Numbered from the stretch's first letter, positions 9,831 through 19,911 are shown. The stretch is DNA of 64,000 nucleotides from Candidatus Poribacteria bacterium (GCA_965220065.1 OZ244804.1:4416915-4480914); one strand, 5' to 3'. The notes: generated by a model from the letters alone, not told the origin. Made by a program: numbers and translations.

Positions 9831-10868
9831 TTATTGGGTTTGTGCCATGGGCACATTCCATTTTTCGGCGCATTCGCGAAGCTGCTGGTAGATGGAGTCG
9901 GGGATATCAATCCCGTTTGCGAGGCGGCGTGCGCGAGTATTCGCTTCAAAATCCCCGGGGACTAACACCGCGTCGAAGCCGGGCGCGGGGGGTATCGTCT
10001 TGATTGCGTCTAAAAATGCCCGAACCCCTTTTTGGTACTCAGCAAGCGATGTGAACGCGTTGACATCAATCACTTGCATGTAGAGACCGCCTATCTGTCC
10101 AGTCTCGATGTTAAATGTTCCTGCCAATCCACCGAGTAGACAGACGAAGAGGGAGAGCGCATAGCCTTTATGCCTTCCAAAAGCAAGAAGATGTCCACCA
10201 TCGCGATACTCGGCAGTTTTGACAGTGGGATTTCCGTCTTTGTCAACAACACATCCTTCCGGCAAATCTCTATTTTCGCTGTCGGCAACGTAGGTTTTAC
10301 CGTTTGCGATCATACTGGTTGCGAAGTCGATGAGAAATGGAGTATCATCGCCTGTAGGGACACCGATGGCGATCGGATTCGTCCCGAGTGCGCCAACCGC
10401 ACCACCGAAGGGGAGGATGCGTCCACCGCCTTTTGAACCGCCACCGACGGTGATAATTCCAATATATCCGGATTCCGCGGCTTCTTGTGCGTATTCACCG
10501 ACCCTGCCGATATGTCCCGTCCGAGTAAGTGTCGCGAAGCAGGTGCGCGCAGTTTTCGCTTTTTCGATCGCACGCCGGACGGTGTATCGGGCAGTATAGT
10601 GCCCAAAACCGTTTCCACCATCAATATGGAGCGTGTTGTTGGTTTCTCGTAGCACATCCGGTTCGGCATCCGGACGGATACCGCCGCCCTCAATTCCGTC
10701 GAGGTAGGAGGGAATCCGAAGCACACCGTGCGAATCGTGTCCAGCGAGATTCGCTTTTATCAAAATCTCGGCAACGTTATCCGCGATGTGCTGCGGTGTG
10801 CCTGCCGCCACAAATATGGCGTTTGTAAATGCCTGAAGATGTGCGGCTTCAAATATGTGCCTCTTCAC
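9831..10868 (-). CDS. Ldh_2 family (malate/L-lactate dehydrogenase family 2) NAD(P)H-dependent oxidoreductase, paralog 1.
   Basis: The GHDSHGV motif and overall similarity to ComC/AllD/DpkA-type enzymes support the call. A GGAGG Shine-Dalgarno lies 8 nt upstream. Confidence 0.75.
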   Translation of the reverse strand: MKRHIFEAAHLQAFTNAIFVAAGTPQHIADNVAEILIKANLAGHDSHGVLRIPSYLDGIEGGGIRPDAEPDVLRETNNTLHIDGGNGFGHYTARYTVRRAIEKAKTARTCFATLTRTGHIGRVGEYAQEAAESGYIGIITVGGGSKGGGRILPFGGAVGALGTNPIAIGVPTGDDTPFLIDFATSMIANGKTYVADSENRDLPEGCVVDKDGNPTVKTAEYRDGGHLLAFGRHKGYALSLFVCLLGGLAGTFNIETGQIGGLYMQVIDVNAFTSLAEYQKGVRAFLDAIKTIPPAPGFDAVLVPGDFEANTRARRLANGIDIPDSIYQQLRECAEKWNVPMAQTQ

Positions 10869-10904
10869 GATGCGTTCCCTCCTATCTTATTCTCGTAAGC
10901 GCGG

Positions 10905-11984
10905 TTATGAAAGCGGACTATAGTGTGCCTTGTCGTCTTCCTCGACAGTGTCCTCACCGATGGAAATGCCGAGTTTGTCTGCGCATTCTTGAAGTTGATT
11001 GTAGATGGTGTCGGGGATCTCAATCCCATCCACTAACCGTTGTGTGCGGAATTGGTGTTCAAAATCACCGGGGACAAGGACTTCGTCGAAGCCGGGGGCT
11101 GGCGGTGTAGATTTAATGCCGTCTAAGAAGGCGCGCACACCTTTCTGGTATTCATCAACCGGTGTGAAGGCGTTGACATCGATGGCTTGCATGAAAATGC
11201 CGTTCATGGTGCCCTGCTCTACATCATAAGTTCCTGCCAAGCCACCAAGGAGGCATGTGAGCATAGCGAGTGCGTAGCCTTTATGTTTCCCAAACGCGAG
11301 AAGCGAACCGCCATCGTAGAAATCAGCGGGTTTGACGCTCGGCATTCCGTTTTTATCAAGAATACAACCTTCCGGTAAGTCGATGCCTTTGCTCCGTGCG
11401 ACCTGTATCTTACCTTCGGCAACCATACTCGTGGCATAGTCAACGATAAACGGACTGTCATCGCCGGTCGGCACACCGATGGCGATCGGGTTCGTCCCGA
11501 AAGCACCTTCCGCGCCACCAAAGGGGACAGTGGGTCCTCTGCCTCTACCGCCGCCACCGGTGGTAACAATTGAGATACATCCGGCTCTCGCCGCCGCTTC
11601 TGCATACTCACCCAAACGTCCAATATGTCCAGTGTTAATGATACTGATAGAACAAGAGATAGCGGTTTTTGCCTTTTCTATCGCTTTACTCATAGACCAG
11701 CGTGAGACGTAGTGTCCGAAGCCGCGTTGTCCATCGACACGTAAGGTATTCGCTGTCTCTGCGAGAACTTTGGGTTCCGCGGTCGGATCGAGTTGTTTGG
11801 TATCAATGCCGCGTAAATACGCAGGAACGCGCAGCACGCCGTGTGAGTCGTGACCCGCAAGGTTGGCATTGACGAGGATTTCGGAGACATCCTCTGCGAT
11901 GTGCCGCGATCCGCCAGCGGCGACAAAAATATTACGCGCAATTGCGTGGAGATGTGGTGCCTGAAGTAGATGCGTTTTTTCCAT
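10905..11984 (-). CDS. Ldh_2 family oxidoreductase, paralog 2, in tandem with paralog 1.
   Basis: It has the same GHDSHGV core and is collinear with the 9831..10868 product. I chose the internal start at 11984 (MEKTHLL...) because it aligns with the paralog's N-terminus. The ORF-track start at 12017 is the alternative. Confidence 0.7.
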   Translation of the reverse strand: MEKTHLLQAPHLHAIARNIFVAAGGSRHIAEDVSEILVNANLAGHDSHGVLRVPAYLRGIDTKQLDPTAEPKVLAETANTLRVDGQRGFGHYVSRWSMSKAIEKAKTAISCSISIINTGHIGRLGEYAEAAARAGCISIVTTGGGGRGRGPTVPFGGAEGAFGTNPIAIGVPTGDDSPFIVDYATSMVAEGKIQVARSKGIDLPEGCILDKNGMPSVKPADFYDGGSLLAFGKHKGYALAMLTCLLGGLAGTYDVEQGTMNGIFMQAIDVNAFTPVDEYQKGVRAFLDGIKSTPPAPGFDEVLVPGDFEHQFRTQRLVDGIEIPDTIYNQLQECADKLGISIGEDTVEEDDKAHYSPLS

Positions 11985-12145
11985 TTTTTTAACTATTGCT
12001 CCTGGACTGCCCTCCATTTCATTATGGGCAGGTTTCTGGTCAATTCGCGACTGTGTTTGCTAAAGTTGAAAGTCGTAGAAGAAATATGCACCCTATCTTA
12101 TCGGATTCGCTTTTTTTGTCAATTGAATTATGCGTCCAATCCGTA

Positions 12146-12166
12146 GCCTGCAACATCGGCGCAGGG
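12146..12166. repeat. REP-like palindromic element GCCTGCAACATCGGCGCAGG, followed by a T-run.
   Basis: It is a perfect 6-bp stem GCCTGC/GCAGGC with a 9-nt loop. The same 21-mer recurs at 61047 and 61133. Confidence 0.6.
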
Positions 12167-12245
12167 TTTTTGCTTGGGTGTTTCCTCAAGAGATGAAGAA
12201 CGCCCGTCAAAGTTCAAACGTCCGTTGTTCCTCCGCAAGGTAAAA

Positions 12246-13214
12246 TTAAAAAGCCATTTCAACGAGGGTACCCAATCCTTTGGCTTCTGCTTCTACAAGC
12301 ACCGCGGCTCCCGCGACCGCATCTTGCACCGCCACGCCGACCGATTTAAAGAATGTGATTTCGTCGTTTGATTGGCGTCCCTGCTTGTCGCCGTTGATGA
12401 TTTCTCCGATTTCGGCATCAATTTCAACGTTCGGGATAATCAGGTCTCCTGCTTCCTCTAAGCAGGCTTCCCGCGAATCGACCACAATTCGATCAGCCTT
12501 TCTTAGTGTCGTCGTGTCAACTTCTCGTTTCTCTGGGACAAACGTGCCAACAGCTGTGATGTGTGTACCGGGACGCAGGGCATTTCCGTCGAAAAGTGGG
12601 GTTGCCGATGTCGTCGCACAAATGACAATGTCAGCGTCCTCTACGGCCTGTTGAGGGTTCGGGACGAGATGAACTGCTGGGGCATCTGTCCACGCTGAAA
12701 TTTCAGTGGCGAGTTGTTGTGCTGAGGCTTTTGTGCGACTGATGAGGTTGACGCGCTTGATGTCTCTGACCGCCATCACCGCCTGCAGTTGTGCTCTCGC
12801 CTGTACGCCTGCTCCGAATAAACCAACCGTTTTCGCGTCCTTTCGGGCAAGAAGATCCGCCGCCACACCACCACCGGCTCCCGTTCGGATAGCGGTGAGA
12901 CTACTGCCGTCCATGATTGCTTTTGGGAGTCCTGTCGCTGGGTCGAGCACCAAAACTGTCGCGGTGATGCGGGGCAAGTCGAGGTTTGGATTATCGTCAT
13001 AAACCGAGACGACTTTGATACCGAACTCACTGCGCTCAGGCAGATGCGCAGGCATTAGAAGCGTGACCCCTTTGTCAGTGGAGATATGTTGCCGTGGCGG
13101 TGCGGTCACTTTGCCTGCTGAAAGTTGACCGTAGGCGTGCCGCATCGCATCAATGGCTTTGGGCATCGGCAAGGCTGCTCGGACATCGGCGGCAGAAAGG
13201 ATTCTAATACGCAT
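12246..13214 (-). CDS. Ornithine cyclodeaminase / mu-crystallin family protein (possible ketimine or pyrroline-2-carboxylate reductase, or OCD).
   Basis: It is an OCD/mu-crystallin-like Rossmann protein of about 320 aa. The start at 13214 (MRIRIL...) has a GGAG Shine-Dalgarno 8 nt upstream. It overlaps the upstream enolase-family gene by 8 nt, suggesting translational coupling. Confidence 0.7.
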   Translation of the reverse strand: MRIRILSAADVRAALPMPKAIDAMRHAYGQLSAGKVTAPPRQHISTDKGVTLLMPAHLPERSEFGIKVVSVYDDNPNLDLPRITATVLVLDPATGLPKAIMDGSSLTAIRTGAGGGVAADLLARKDAKTVGLFGAGVQARAQLQAVMAVRDIKRVNLISRTKASAQQLATEISAWTDAPAVHLVPNPQQAVEDADIVICATTSATPLFDGNALRPGTHITAVGTFVPEKREVDTTTLRKADRIVVDSREACLEEAGDLIIPNVEIDAEIGEIINGDKQGRQSNDEITFFKSVGVAVQDAVAGAAVLVEAEAKGLGTLVEMAF

Positions 13215-13218
13215 TCGA

Positions 13219-14322
13219 TTACTCCACATGAACGACCGCTTCACCTAACACATCCATATCAGGAGTGATTCCCAAGCCCGGTTGCGTTGAGGCTGCCATC
13301 CTGCCGTTAGTGCGTTGCGGCGCGCCTGCCGCTGTGCTGACAGTGACGTAACTGTTGAAATCTGTCGCCGTGAAGAGGAACGCTGTCGGTGTACTGTGCG
13401 CGAGATGGGCAATGGCGGCGGTTGTAATATCGCCACCCCAGCTATCTTCGATGGTCATCGCAATTCCGAGTTCGACGCATAAATCTCTCGCAAGTTTCGC
13501 TTTGGTGAGTCCACCGAATTTGCTAATCTTAATGTTGACGACATCCATCGCCCGATCGGCATGACCGCGTAACAACGTGTGAATGCTGTCTATCGTCTCG
13601 TCAAGCACAAAGGGGTGACCCGTACGCTGACGGATGGCGAGGCATTCTTCGTAGGAGAGACAGGGTTGTTCAATGTAGACATCCACATCGTTCACGCCTT
13701 GCACGACACGGGCGGCTTCGTGCATCAACCAACCCGTATTCGCATCCGCAATGAGTACATCTCCGGGTTGCATCAGTTCGGCGACTGCTCGGATGCGTTC
13801 AATATCGGTGTTCGGATCGCTCCCCACTTTTAACTGGAATTTGCGGTACCCTTCCGCACGATAGGTGGCAACTTTCGCCGCCATCTCGTCGGGAGATTGT
13901 TGGGAAATCGCACGATACAGCATGAAATCTGAACCGTACCTACCGCCAAGAAGTGTACAGACCGATTGGTTAGCGACCTTACCGAGGATATCCCAACACG
14001 CCATGTCGATTGCTGATTTCACGTATGGATGTCCCTTGAGGGCAATGTCCATGCGTTGGTTGAGCGGGAGCAGTTGTGTCGGATCTTCGCCAATGAGGTG
14101 CGGACCGAGCTCGGTGATACCTGTGCGGGTGCCTGCCGCATAAGCGGGAAGATAGAACGGTCCCAGCGGACACACCTCGCCGTAGCCGGTGATGCCTTCG
14201 TCCGTTTCAATTGAGACGATGGTGCTGTCAAATACGGATACAGATTTCCCGCCCGACCAGTTGTAACTGCCTTCATAGAGTGGGAGATCGACTTGGTAGG
14301 CGTTGATATAGCGAATTTTCAT
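13219..14322 (-). CDS. Enolase-superfamily enzyme of the mandelate racemase / muconate lactonizing enzyme (MR/MLE) subgroup.
   Basis: The N-terminal capping domain is followed by a TIM-barrel region with metal-ligand acidic residues (e.g. ...VDVYIEQP..., ...LDETIDS...). Length is 367 aa. Confidence 0.7.
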   Translation of the reverse strand: MKIRYINAYQVDLPLYEGSYNWSGGKSVSVFDSTIVSIETDEGITGYGEVCPLGPFYLPAYAAGTRTGITELGPHLIGEDPTQLLPLNQRMDIALKGHPYVKSAIDMACWDILGKVANQSVCTLLGGRYGSDFMLYRAISQQSPDEMAAKVATYRAEGYRKFQLKVGSDPNTDIERIRAVAELMQPGDVLIADANTGWLMHEAARVVQGVNDVDVYIEQPCLSYEECLAIRQRTGHPFVLDETIDSIHTLLRGHADRAMDVVNIKISKFGGLTKAKLARDLCVELGIAMTIEDSWGGDITTAAIAHLAHSTPTAFLFTATDFNSYVTVSTAAGAPQRTNGRMAASTQPGLGITPDMDVLGEAVVHVE

Positions 14323-14536
14323 TTTTTTAACTATGCGCCAAGCGTGAAACGACGCGGTTGGTGACTTAACGGTTGTTGCTCAGGTTTCGCAAGTGCCGTT
14401 GTTGCTTGCTCCCGGCATTTTACCTAAGCCGTTGTGAAGATAATAACATGTTTGACCAAAACCGTCAAGAAAAGATCGGTTTAATAGCAAGCACATGGTT
14501 CTCCGGCAGAGAATGTTCAAATTTGAGCATAGGAAA

Positions 14537-14805
14537 GGTAGGTTGGGTTGAACGAATAGGACCAGAGTGTTGGTAATTCAAAATAGGACCAGAGTGTTGG
14601 TAATTCAAAAAATCGCGTCGTTTCCATGCGACTTCTACTCCAGAGATACCGAGAGGAACCCAACACTTTTCGTATGAGGATTCGGGAATCTGGAGGTATA
14701 AAGTTGGGTTTCACTTCATCCTTGATGGGGTATAATGGCTATGAGGTTGATGTGCATTTGGAATGTTGGCATCGCACTTTTCAGTGTCGTTCAACCCAAC
14801 CTACA
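14537..14805. repeat. MITE-like element, copy 3 (full length, 269 bp), carrying an internal 27-bp tandem duplication.
   Basis: The terminal inverted repeats are gtaggttgggttgaacga at 14537-14554 and tcgttcaacccaacctac at 14788-14805. The internal unit aataggaccagagtgttggtaattcaa is repeated twice (14554-14580, 14581-14607). The internal gttgggtttcac is at about 14704. Confidence 0.75.
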
Positions 14806-14854
14806 GGCTAAGTCGGCACTTAATGAGTTGAGCGAAAATGAACCTAACAAATAA

Positions 14855-16321
14855 CTATTCAAAATCACCGACCTTCGCAGCGGCAGGTGCTTGTTTCGGG
14901 AGTGCTTTTTTGATTAGTGCGGACTCAGGAACATAGCCGGAATAGTCCGAAATTGAACCGTGCGTCAGCGCATACACGACAACGTTTGTCATGAAACGGT
15001 AGACCCCTGGGGAATAGTGGACGCTCCGCGTCGGGTAGCTGACGGTCTCCATGGCGCACATGTAATCACGACGGACAACGATAACCGCTAATTTCTCACC
15101 AACGGAGATACCTTCGAGAAAGTTCCGTTTCGGCGGGCGGGTGCCCCACCAGAAAATGTCGAAACCGACAGGGGGACCCGCCATCGCATAGAAGTTATTA
15201 TAGACTTCGTGGTTGTTGGAGATCCGCTCGACGTGATATTCAGGCATGACGTAACGCATCTGTGAGAGGAAGAGGCGCACCATCGCCTGCGCGGGAGCAT
15301 TCACACCACAATCATCAAAGACGAGAAACCCACCTTTTTCAACGAGATAGCGACGCAACCCTGCGGCTTCAGACTCGCTGAGGCGACCATCTATCCTACC
15401 GGTACCATACTTCCATCCATACATCTTCCGAGAACGGACGAGTCCCGGATCGTGTCCTGTCATAAAGGCGAGCGGCGTTTTAAAGAGATTGGCGTCGTTG
15501 AGTTTCACGGCACCGCCCTCAACGTTCATATCGGTTTTGATTTCGGTCCGCTCGTTGAGCCATTGCGTCAATGCGTTGAGCGCAGAAGCATCCGCCCACC
15601 AGTCAGAAAGCTCATGCCGGACGCGTGCAAAACGGAGAATACCTCGGATGTCCTTACCTTTACCAATGACGCGCCCACCCGGTTCGCCTCTGGGAAGGGG
15701 TGGTACGACATAACTGGAAAGCGTGATGTTCTCGACGACATCGCCGAGTGCATCGCGTGCCGCACCGACGTTTTCAACCATTGAAAGTCCCGGTGGACGC
15801 TCAAGGGTTACCTTCAAGTGTCCAACGATACCGCGAAAGGCGGTTCTCGTTCGGGCAAACGGGACTCTTACTATAGGCGCGGAGAACGCCAAGGCATCAG
15901 GAGCATCCGACACCAACAAATCCGCGTGTATCACATCTGTCATCCCGGCTGGATTCAGTGTGATGACTTTCGGTAGGTTCGGATCTGTTGATGGTTTTAC
16001 TTTAACGGTTCGGGTTGAAAACCCGGGGACCATTTGTGGTTGGAAATTTAACTCGCGGATAAACAGAGTCTTCACACGGGATTGTACCTGAATCTGTTCA
16101 ATGACAATGTCTCGTGTTGGAACAGTCGGCTTCATAACAGGTTTCACGACGAATTTCCCCGCTTTAAGCTTCGGGGGTTCTTTGGGATAGAGAATTTCGA
16201 CACCTATTAAATCTCTAAACCGCTCGGTTTGCACGAGTAGATAGAGTCCAGCCACAAGTGCTATGACGACGTGAAGCACCAGCGAGGTCATTAGGGCACC
16301 TGAGGTTATTTTTCCGCGCAT
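14855..16321 (-). CDS. Membrane-anchored hypothetical protein, possibly with a DUF4159-like C-terminal domain.
   Basis: A single N-terminal transmembrane helix (LVLHVVIALVAGLYLLV) is followed by a Pro/Lys-rich linker. The C-terminal region (...VYNNFYAMAGPPVGFDIFWW...) is weakly reminiscent of DUF4159, and that domain assignment is tentative. Confidence 0.4.
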   Translation of the reverse strand: MRGKITSGALMTSLVLHVVIALVAGLYLLVQTERFRDLIGVEILYPKEPPKLKAGKFVVKPVMKPTVPTRDIVIEQIQVQSRVKTLFIRELNFQPQMVPGFSTRTVKVKPSTDPNLPKVITLNPAGMTDVIHADLLVSDAPDALAFSAPIVRVPFARTRTAFRGIVGHLKVTLERPPGLSMVENVGAARDALGDVVENITLSSYVVPPLPRGEPGGRVIGKGKDIRGILRFARVRHELSDWWADASALNALTQWLNERTEIKTDMNVEGGAVKLNDANLFKTPLAFMTGHDPGLVRSRKMYGWKYGTGRIDGRLSESEAAGLRRYLVEKGGFLVFDDCGVNAPAQAMVRLFLSQMRYVMPEYHVERISNNHEVYNNFYAMAGPPVGFDIFWWGTRPPKRNFLEGISVGEKLAVIVVRRDYMCAMETVSYPTRSVHYSPGVYRFMTNVVVYALTHGSISDYSGYVPESALIKKALPKQAPAAAKVGDFE

Positions 16322-16649
16322 GCATCTTTACCTCCAAGGGAAAAAGGTGTTGATATGGAGATAAGAGCAATTCCCGTGCCGACGCAAAAAGTGCTGAATT
16401 TGCGGGTATCCGTGTGATTATCGGGGTTAAGCTGCACGAAAAGGGACAGTTGTCTGTTTAAGTTGCACAAAAAGGGGCTATTTTCGGCGTTTCTACAGGC
16501 ATGCCACTGTTATAGTGGATTGGAGTGAAGAGGTCTACAGGATGGAGAACCGATGCGGTTGGGTGAAGTTTCAATAAATATTTCGATTTAAGTGTAGAAC
16601 CCATTCAAGCATCATGCCGAAAATCACAGATAGATAAATGGGCAATCTT

Positions 16650-16679
16650 AGCCCCGTAGGGGCGGCATCTCTGTAGAAC
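16650..16679. repeat. Small dispersed repeat AGCCCCnnnGGGGCGGCATCTnTGTAnAAC (hairpin plus conserved tail).
   Basis: It is nearly identical to 47231-47257 (gccccagcggggcggcatctgtataac), which places a GCCCC/GGGGC hairpin directly at a gene boundary. Confidence 0.55.
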
Positions 16680-17839
16680 TATCCTCTATACAGGGTTCGC
16701 ATTTGCTGGATGACCTTCGGTAATTTGGCGATGACCTCATCAATCTCGGCTTCGGTTGTGTTCCTGCCCAAGGAAAAGCGGACTGTGCCTTGTGCCAAAC
16801 GTGGCGGTAAGCCGAGCGCGGCGAGCACGTGTGATGGTTCCATAGAGCCGGAGGTACACGCGGAACCCGTCGAGACACAGATACCCTCCATGTCCAAACG
16901 TAAAATGAGGCTTTCACCTTCCACCGATTCAAACGAAACATTGAGAGTGCCGGGAGCGCAGTGGTCGGGATGTCCGTTATAGTGCAGGCGATCAATGTGC
17001 GCATCCAAGCCCTCGCGAAGTCTTTGGGTTAAAGCGTGGAGATGCTGTGCATAGGCGTTCTGCTCCTGTTTCGCAAGATCAGCAGCAATGCCTAAGCCGA
17101 CAATGGCAGGGACGTTCTCAGATCCGGCGCGTCGGTTGCGTTCATGTGCTCCCCCGTGAACGAGGTTTGCGAGTCGCGTGCCGCGTCGAATATAGAGGAC
17201 ACCGATCCCTTTGGGGGCGTAAATCTTATGACCGGAAAACGCGAGGAGATTCACACCGAGTTCTTGTACGTTCACTTCTAACTTCCCAACCGATTGCACG
17301 GCATCGGTGTGGAGAGGGATCTCGTGTTCTTGGGCGATTTCACACATCTCCTCAAGGGGTTGGACGGTGCCGTTCTCGTTGTTGACGTGCATGATAGAGA
17401 TCAGGACTGTCGTATCGCGGATTACTTCACGAAGTTGTTCAATGCGAATCCGTCCGTATCTATCCACGGGGAGATAGGTTACCTCGAAACCGCGTTGCTC
17501 CAGATATTGACAGGTATGCAAAACGGCGTGATGCTCCACAGAGGAAGTGATAATATGGTTGCCTTTGCCTCGACTTTTTTGGAGTTCGGTCAGCCCTTTA
17601 ATGGCGTGGTTATCTGCTTCGGTGCCACTTCCAGTGAAAACAATCTCACTCGGGCTTTTGGCACCGATAAGATCGGCGACCTGCTCGCGTGCGGTGTCGA
17701 TAGCCGTACGTGCCTCGCGTCCGTAAGCGTGAATACTGGAACCGTTACCGAATGCCTCGGTAAGATACGGCATGATTGCGTCCCGGACTTCGGGACGAAG
17801 AGGTGTTGTGGCGTTGTAGTCTAAATAAATGCGTTGCAT
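16679..17839 (-). CDS. iscS: Cysteine desulfurase (class I NifS/IscS, PLP-dependent).
   Basis: The N-terminus IYLDYNATTP, the SSIHAYGREA region and the active-site loop ...VSTGSACTSGSMEPSHVL are all present. Length is 386 aa. Confidence 0.85.
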   Translation of the reverse strand: MQRIYLDYNATTPLRPEVRDAIMPYLTEAFGNGSSIHAYGREARTAIDTAREQVADLIGAKSPSEIVFTGSGTEADNHAIKGLTELQKSRGKGNHIITSSVEHHAVLHTCQYLEQRGFEVTYLPVDRYGRIRIEQLREVIRDTTVLISIMHVNNENGTVQPLEEMCEIAQEHEIPLHTDAVQSVGKLEVNVQELGVNLLAFSGHKIYAPKGIGVLYIRRGTRLANLVHGGAHERNRRAGSENVPAIVGLGIAADLAKQEQNAYAQHLHALTQRLREGLDAHIDRLHYNGHPDHCAPGTLNVSFESVEGESLILRLDMEGICVSTGSACTSGSMEPSHVLAALGLPPRLAQGTVRFSLGRNTTEAEIDEVIAKLPKVIQQMRTLYRG

Positions 17840-17869
17840 ATCTTTCGTCCATCTTGCTATCTGGAGTGC

Positions 17870-19204
17870 TCATTCGTACGTGCGGTGATTCCAAAAAGTT
17901 ATCCGATTCGGGTTAATCTTGATATCTGGTACGGAGTCGCCGCCGCGGACTCGCCCGTTCTCACCTAAGAAGGAGAGGTTGAGTGTATGGGTGCCAGCGG
18001 GGAGTGGCATCCGTACCATAAAAATTTGATTCGGAAGTGTTTGCCATGACCGCTTATCCGCCTGTTCCGTCACGACACCGGCAAGGTTTACAAGCAACCC
18101 CAAGGCTTCATTTTCCTTGTTTGCCTTTCGGTAGATCAAATATTTGCCTACAGCCCGGACTAAGGTTCGCAAGAGAATCCCAGTCCGCTGCGCATTAAAG
18201 GTTTCTATTGCGATGGTCTCTACATCTCCTACAAGCACACCGTTCGCTTTTGCCGCTCCGGCTGCAACTTCGATCCCTGAGAGAAGCGGGCGATTGGAGT
18301 CAATTTTCGGGATCGCTACGCGTAAGAGATATTCCAATTCCACCTTTTTATAGGTCCTGCCCGCGCGTCCCATAAGCGTCGGTACAAACTTTTCATCGTC
18401 CACATCGTCTGTTTTCAGGATCGGAAACGTCAAAGCGTCCTCACCTTTCGGTGGAACGTAGCCGCTTTCATAAAAAAGAATCAGTTCACCGGTGTTTTCA
18501 GGACGCGCGGAAAACTCGCCATACTGTTCCTGGTAACGCTCCAACTCGTCAATAAAACCGAGTTTACGTGCCAACCGGACCAGCGAACGACCGATGTCCT
18601 CAGGCATCTCTACGCCGGTTTTCTCCGCGGCGTTTCGGTAGTATTCTGCCGCCTGTTTGTAAGAGATATAAGCGTCATTCCATTCACCAGTGGCTTCAAA
18701 GAGAACACCGGAGAGGTATGCCAAAAAACCCGCTCCGAAGAAATCATAATCCTCGTCTTCACCCTTGAAATAGTTGATGAGAGCCGTGGCGCGGCGACAT
18801 TCTACCAGCGCACCGTCTAATTGACCTTGATAGACATAATTGAGTGCCCGATAATAGTGACTCAGAAGTCGTTCATATCGGGTCCCAGAATATGGACGCA
18901 ATGTATCGGAGGTGACCAGTGAACCTACCTCTTTTGAAACGCTTTTGGTATAACGGTCCTCAGCGATGTCTTCTGCTTGATCGAACGCCGTGTTGCTTTC
19001 TGGGAAGTGGTTGGCGTAATGGGCGACCAATCCTAATTCAAACAGAAATGGGATGTCAGGCTTTTTCGGTGAATTTTTCTGAAGCTTCGTATAGGCTTTT
19101 TCTGGTTCTCCCGCCTCCAATGCGATTTGGAGGTCTTGCATCTTATAGCCGCCACATCCTATTATCAGACAAGTAATGAGCAGAAAGGGGAGTATTTTAA
19201 TCAT
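17870..19204 (-). CDS. Hypothetical lipoprotein.
   Basis: The lipobox is MIKILPFLLITCLIIGC, and the start is taken at the internal ATG at 19204. The mature portion is about 420 aa with no motif I can recognise. Confidence 0.5.
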   Translation of the reverse strand: MIKILPFLLITCLIIGCGGYKMQDLQIALEAGEPEKAYTKLQKNSPKKPDIPFLFELGLVAHYANHFPESNTAFDQAEDIAEDRYTKSVSKEVGSLVTSDTLRPYSGTRYERLLSHYYRALNYVYQGQLDGALVECRRATALINYFKGEDEDYDFFGAGFLAYLSGVLFEATGEWNDAYISYKQAAEYYRNAAEKTGVEMPEDIGRSLVRLARKLGFIDELERYQEQYGEFSARPENTGELILFYESGYVPPKGEDALTFPILKTDDVDDEKFVPTLMGRAGRTYKKVELEYLLRVAIPKIDSNRPLLSGIEVAAGAAKANGVLVGDVETIAIETFNAQRTGILLRTLVRAVGKYLIYRKANKENEALGLLVNLAGVVTEQADKRSWQTLPNQIFMVRMPLPAGTHTLNLSFLGENGRVRGGDSVPDIKINPNRITFWNHRTYE

Positions 19205-19278
19205 TGATTTCCGTGAGTCTTGAAAAATCGCGGTGGGCAGGCACGGGGACCTGCCCAAACGGTCACATCTGGAGTACC

Positions 19279-19911
19279 CTACATTTTAAACTTGTCACGT
19301 CCGACAAACTTTTTGATTTTCTTGTTACCGATCCAAATCTTCTCGTTGGTTTCGATGTTCGTCAATGTCAGATCTGTCTGATAAAAGATGACTTGGTCTC
19401 CGCCTTCACGATCTTCAATGGTGTTAATTTCGCCGGTCATCATGTAATCAGCACCGAGTTCGCGTCCCATCCTTTTAACGGTTTCGATTGCGGCGAATTC
19501 GCCCTGGTCGGCACGTTCTTCGCGGATTTCGCCGCGCTCACTTGAGCTTGAGACAGTCCGCACTTTTCCAGAGTTGATGAAGGCACGTTCGATATCGGTG
19601 ATAAACGTAGCGACGGGGATATGTTCCATACTCTTGTTGCGGATACCACCGACGATCACAACCGGTTTCGCGCCGCTATTTATACCGTGATCATTGATCC
19701 AAGGGTGTGTTAGGCAATCCTGAATAATGTCATCGGCGACCATGCGAGAGTCGGTGTCGTTCCAGCGTCCAGACAGATCGATTGTGGTGTCGGCATCAAC
19801 GCGGGTGACCTGTTTAGAGGAACTGCAACTGCTGAAAATTGTGATACCAACGAAGAGAGTAAAAATTATAAGGCTATATATGGAAGGCTTGACTGTCAAA
19901 ATTTTATACAT
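19279..19911 (-). CDS. LpoB-like (penicillin-binding-protein activator-like, COG3417-like) lipoprotein.
   Basis: The lipobox is ...ITIFSSCSSS. The central core ...KPVVIVGGIRNKS...GADYMMTGEI...IFYQTDLTLTNIETNEKIW is reminiscent of the LpoB fold family. The assignment is tentative. Confidence 0.4.
   Translation of the reverse strand: MYKILTVKPSIYSLIIFTLFVGITIFSSCSSSKQVTRVDADTTIDLSGRWNDTDSRMVADDIIQDCLTHPWINDHGINSGAKPVVIVGGIRNKSMEHIPVATFITDIERAFINSGKVRTVSSSSERGEIREERADQGEFAAIETVKRMGRELGADYMMTGEINTIEDREGGDQVIFYQTDLTLTNIETNEKIWIGNKKIKKFVGRDKFKM

Noticed and set aside
11996-12196. A 66-aa + strand ORF between the Ldh_2 and OCD genes
   Set aside because: It is low-complexity, contains the REP-like palindrome and has no Shine-Dalgarno, so it is likely non-coding.
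14517-14714. A 65-aa minus-strand ORF with an internal FELPTLWSY duplication
   Set aside because: It is generated by the 27-bp tandem repeat inside the MITE-like element. No coding context supports it.
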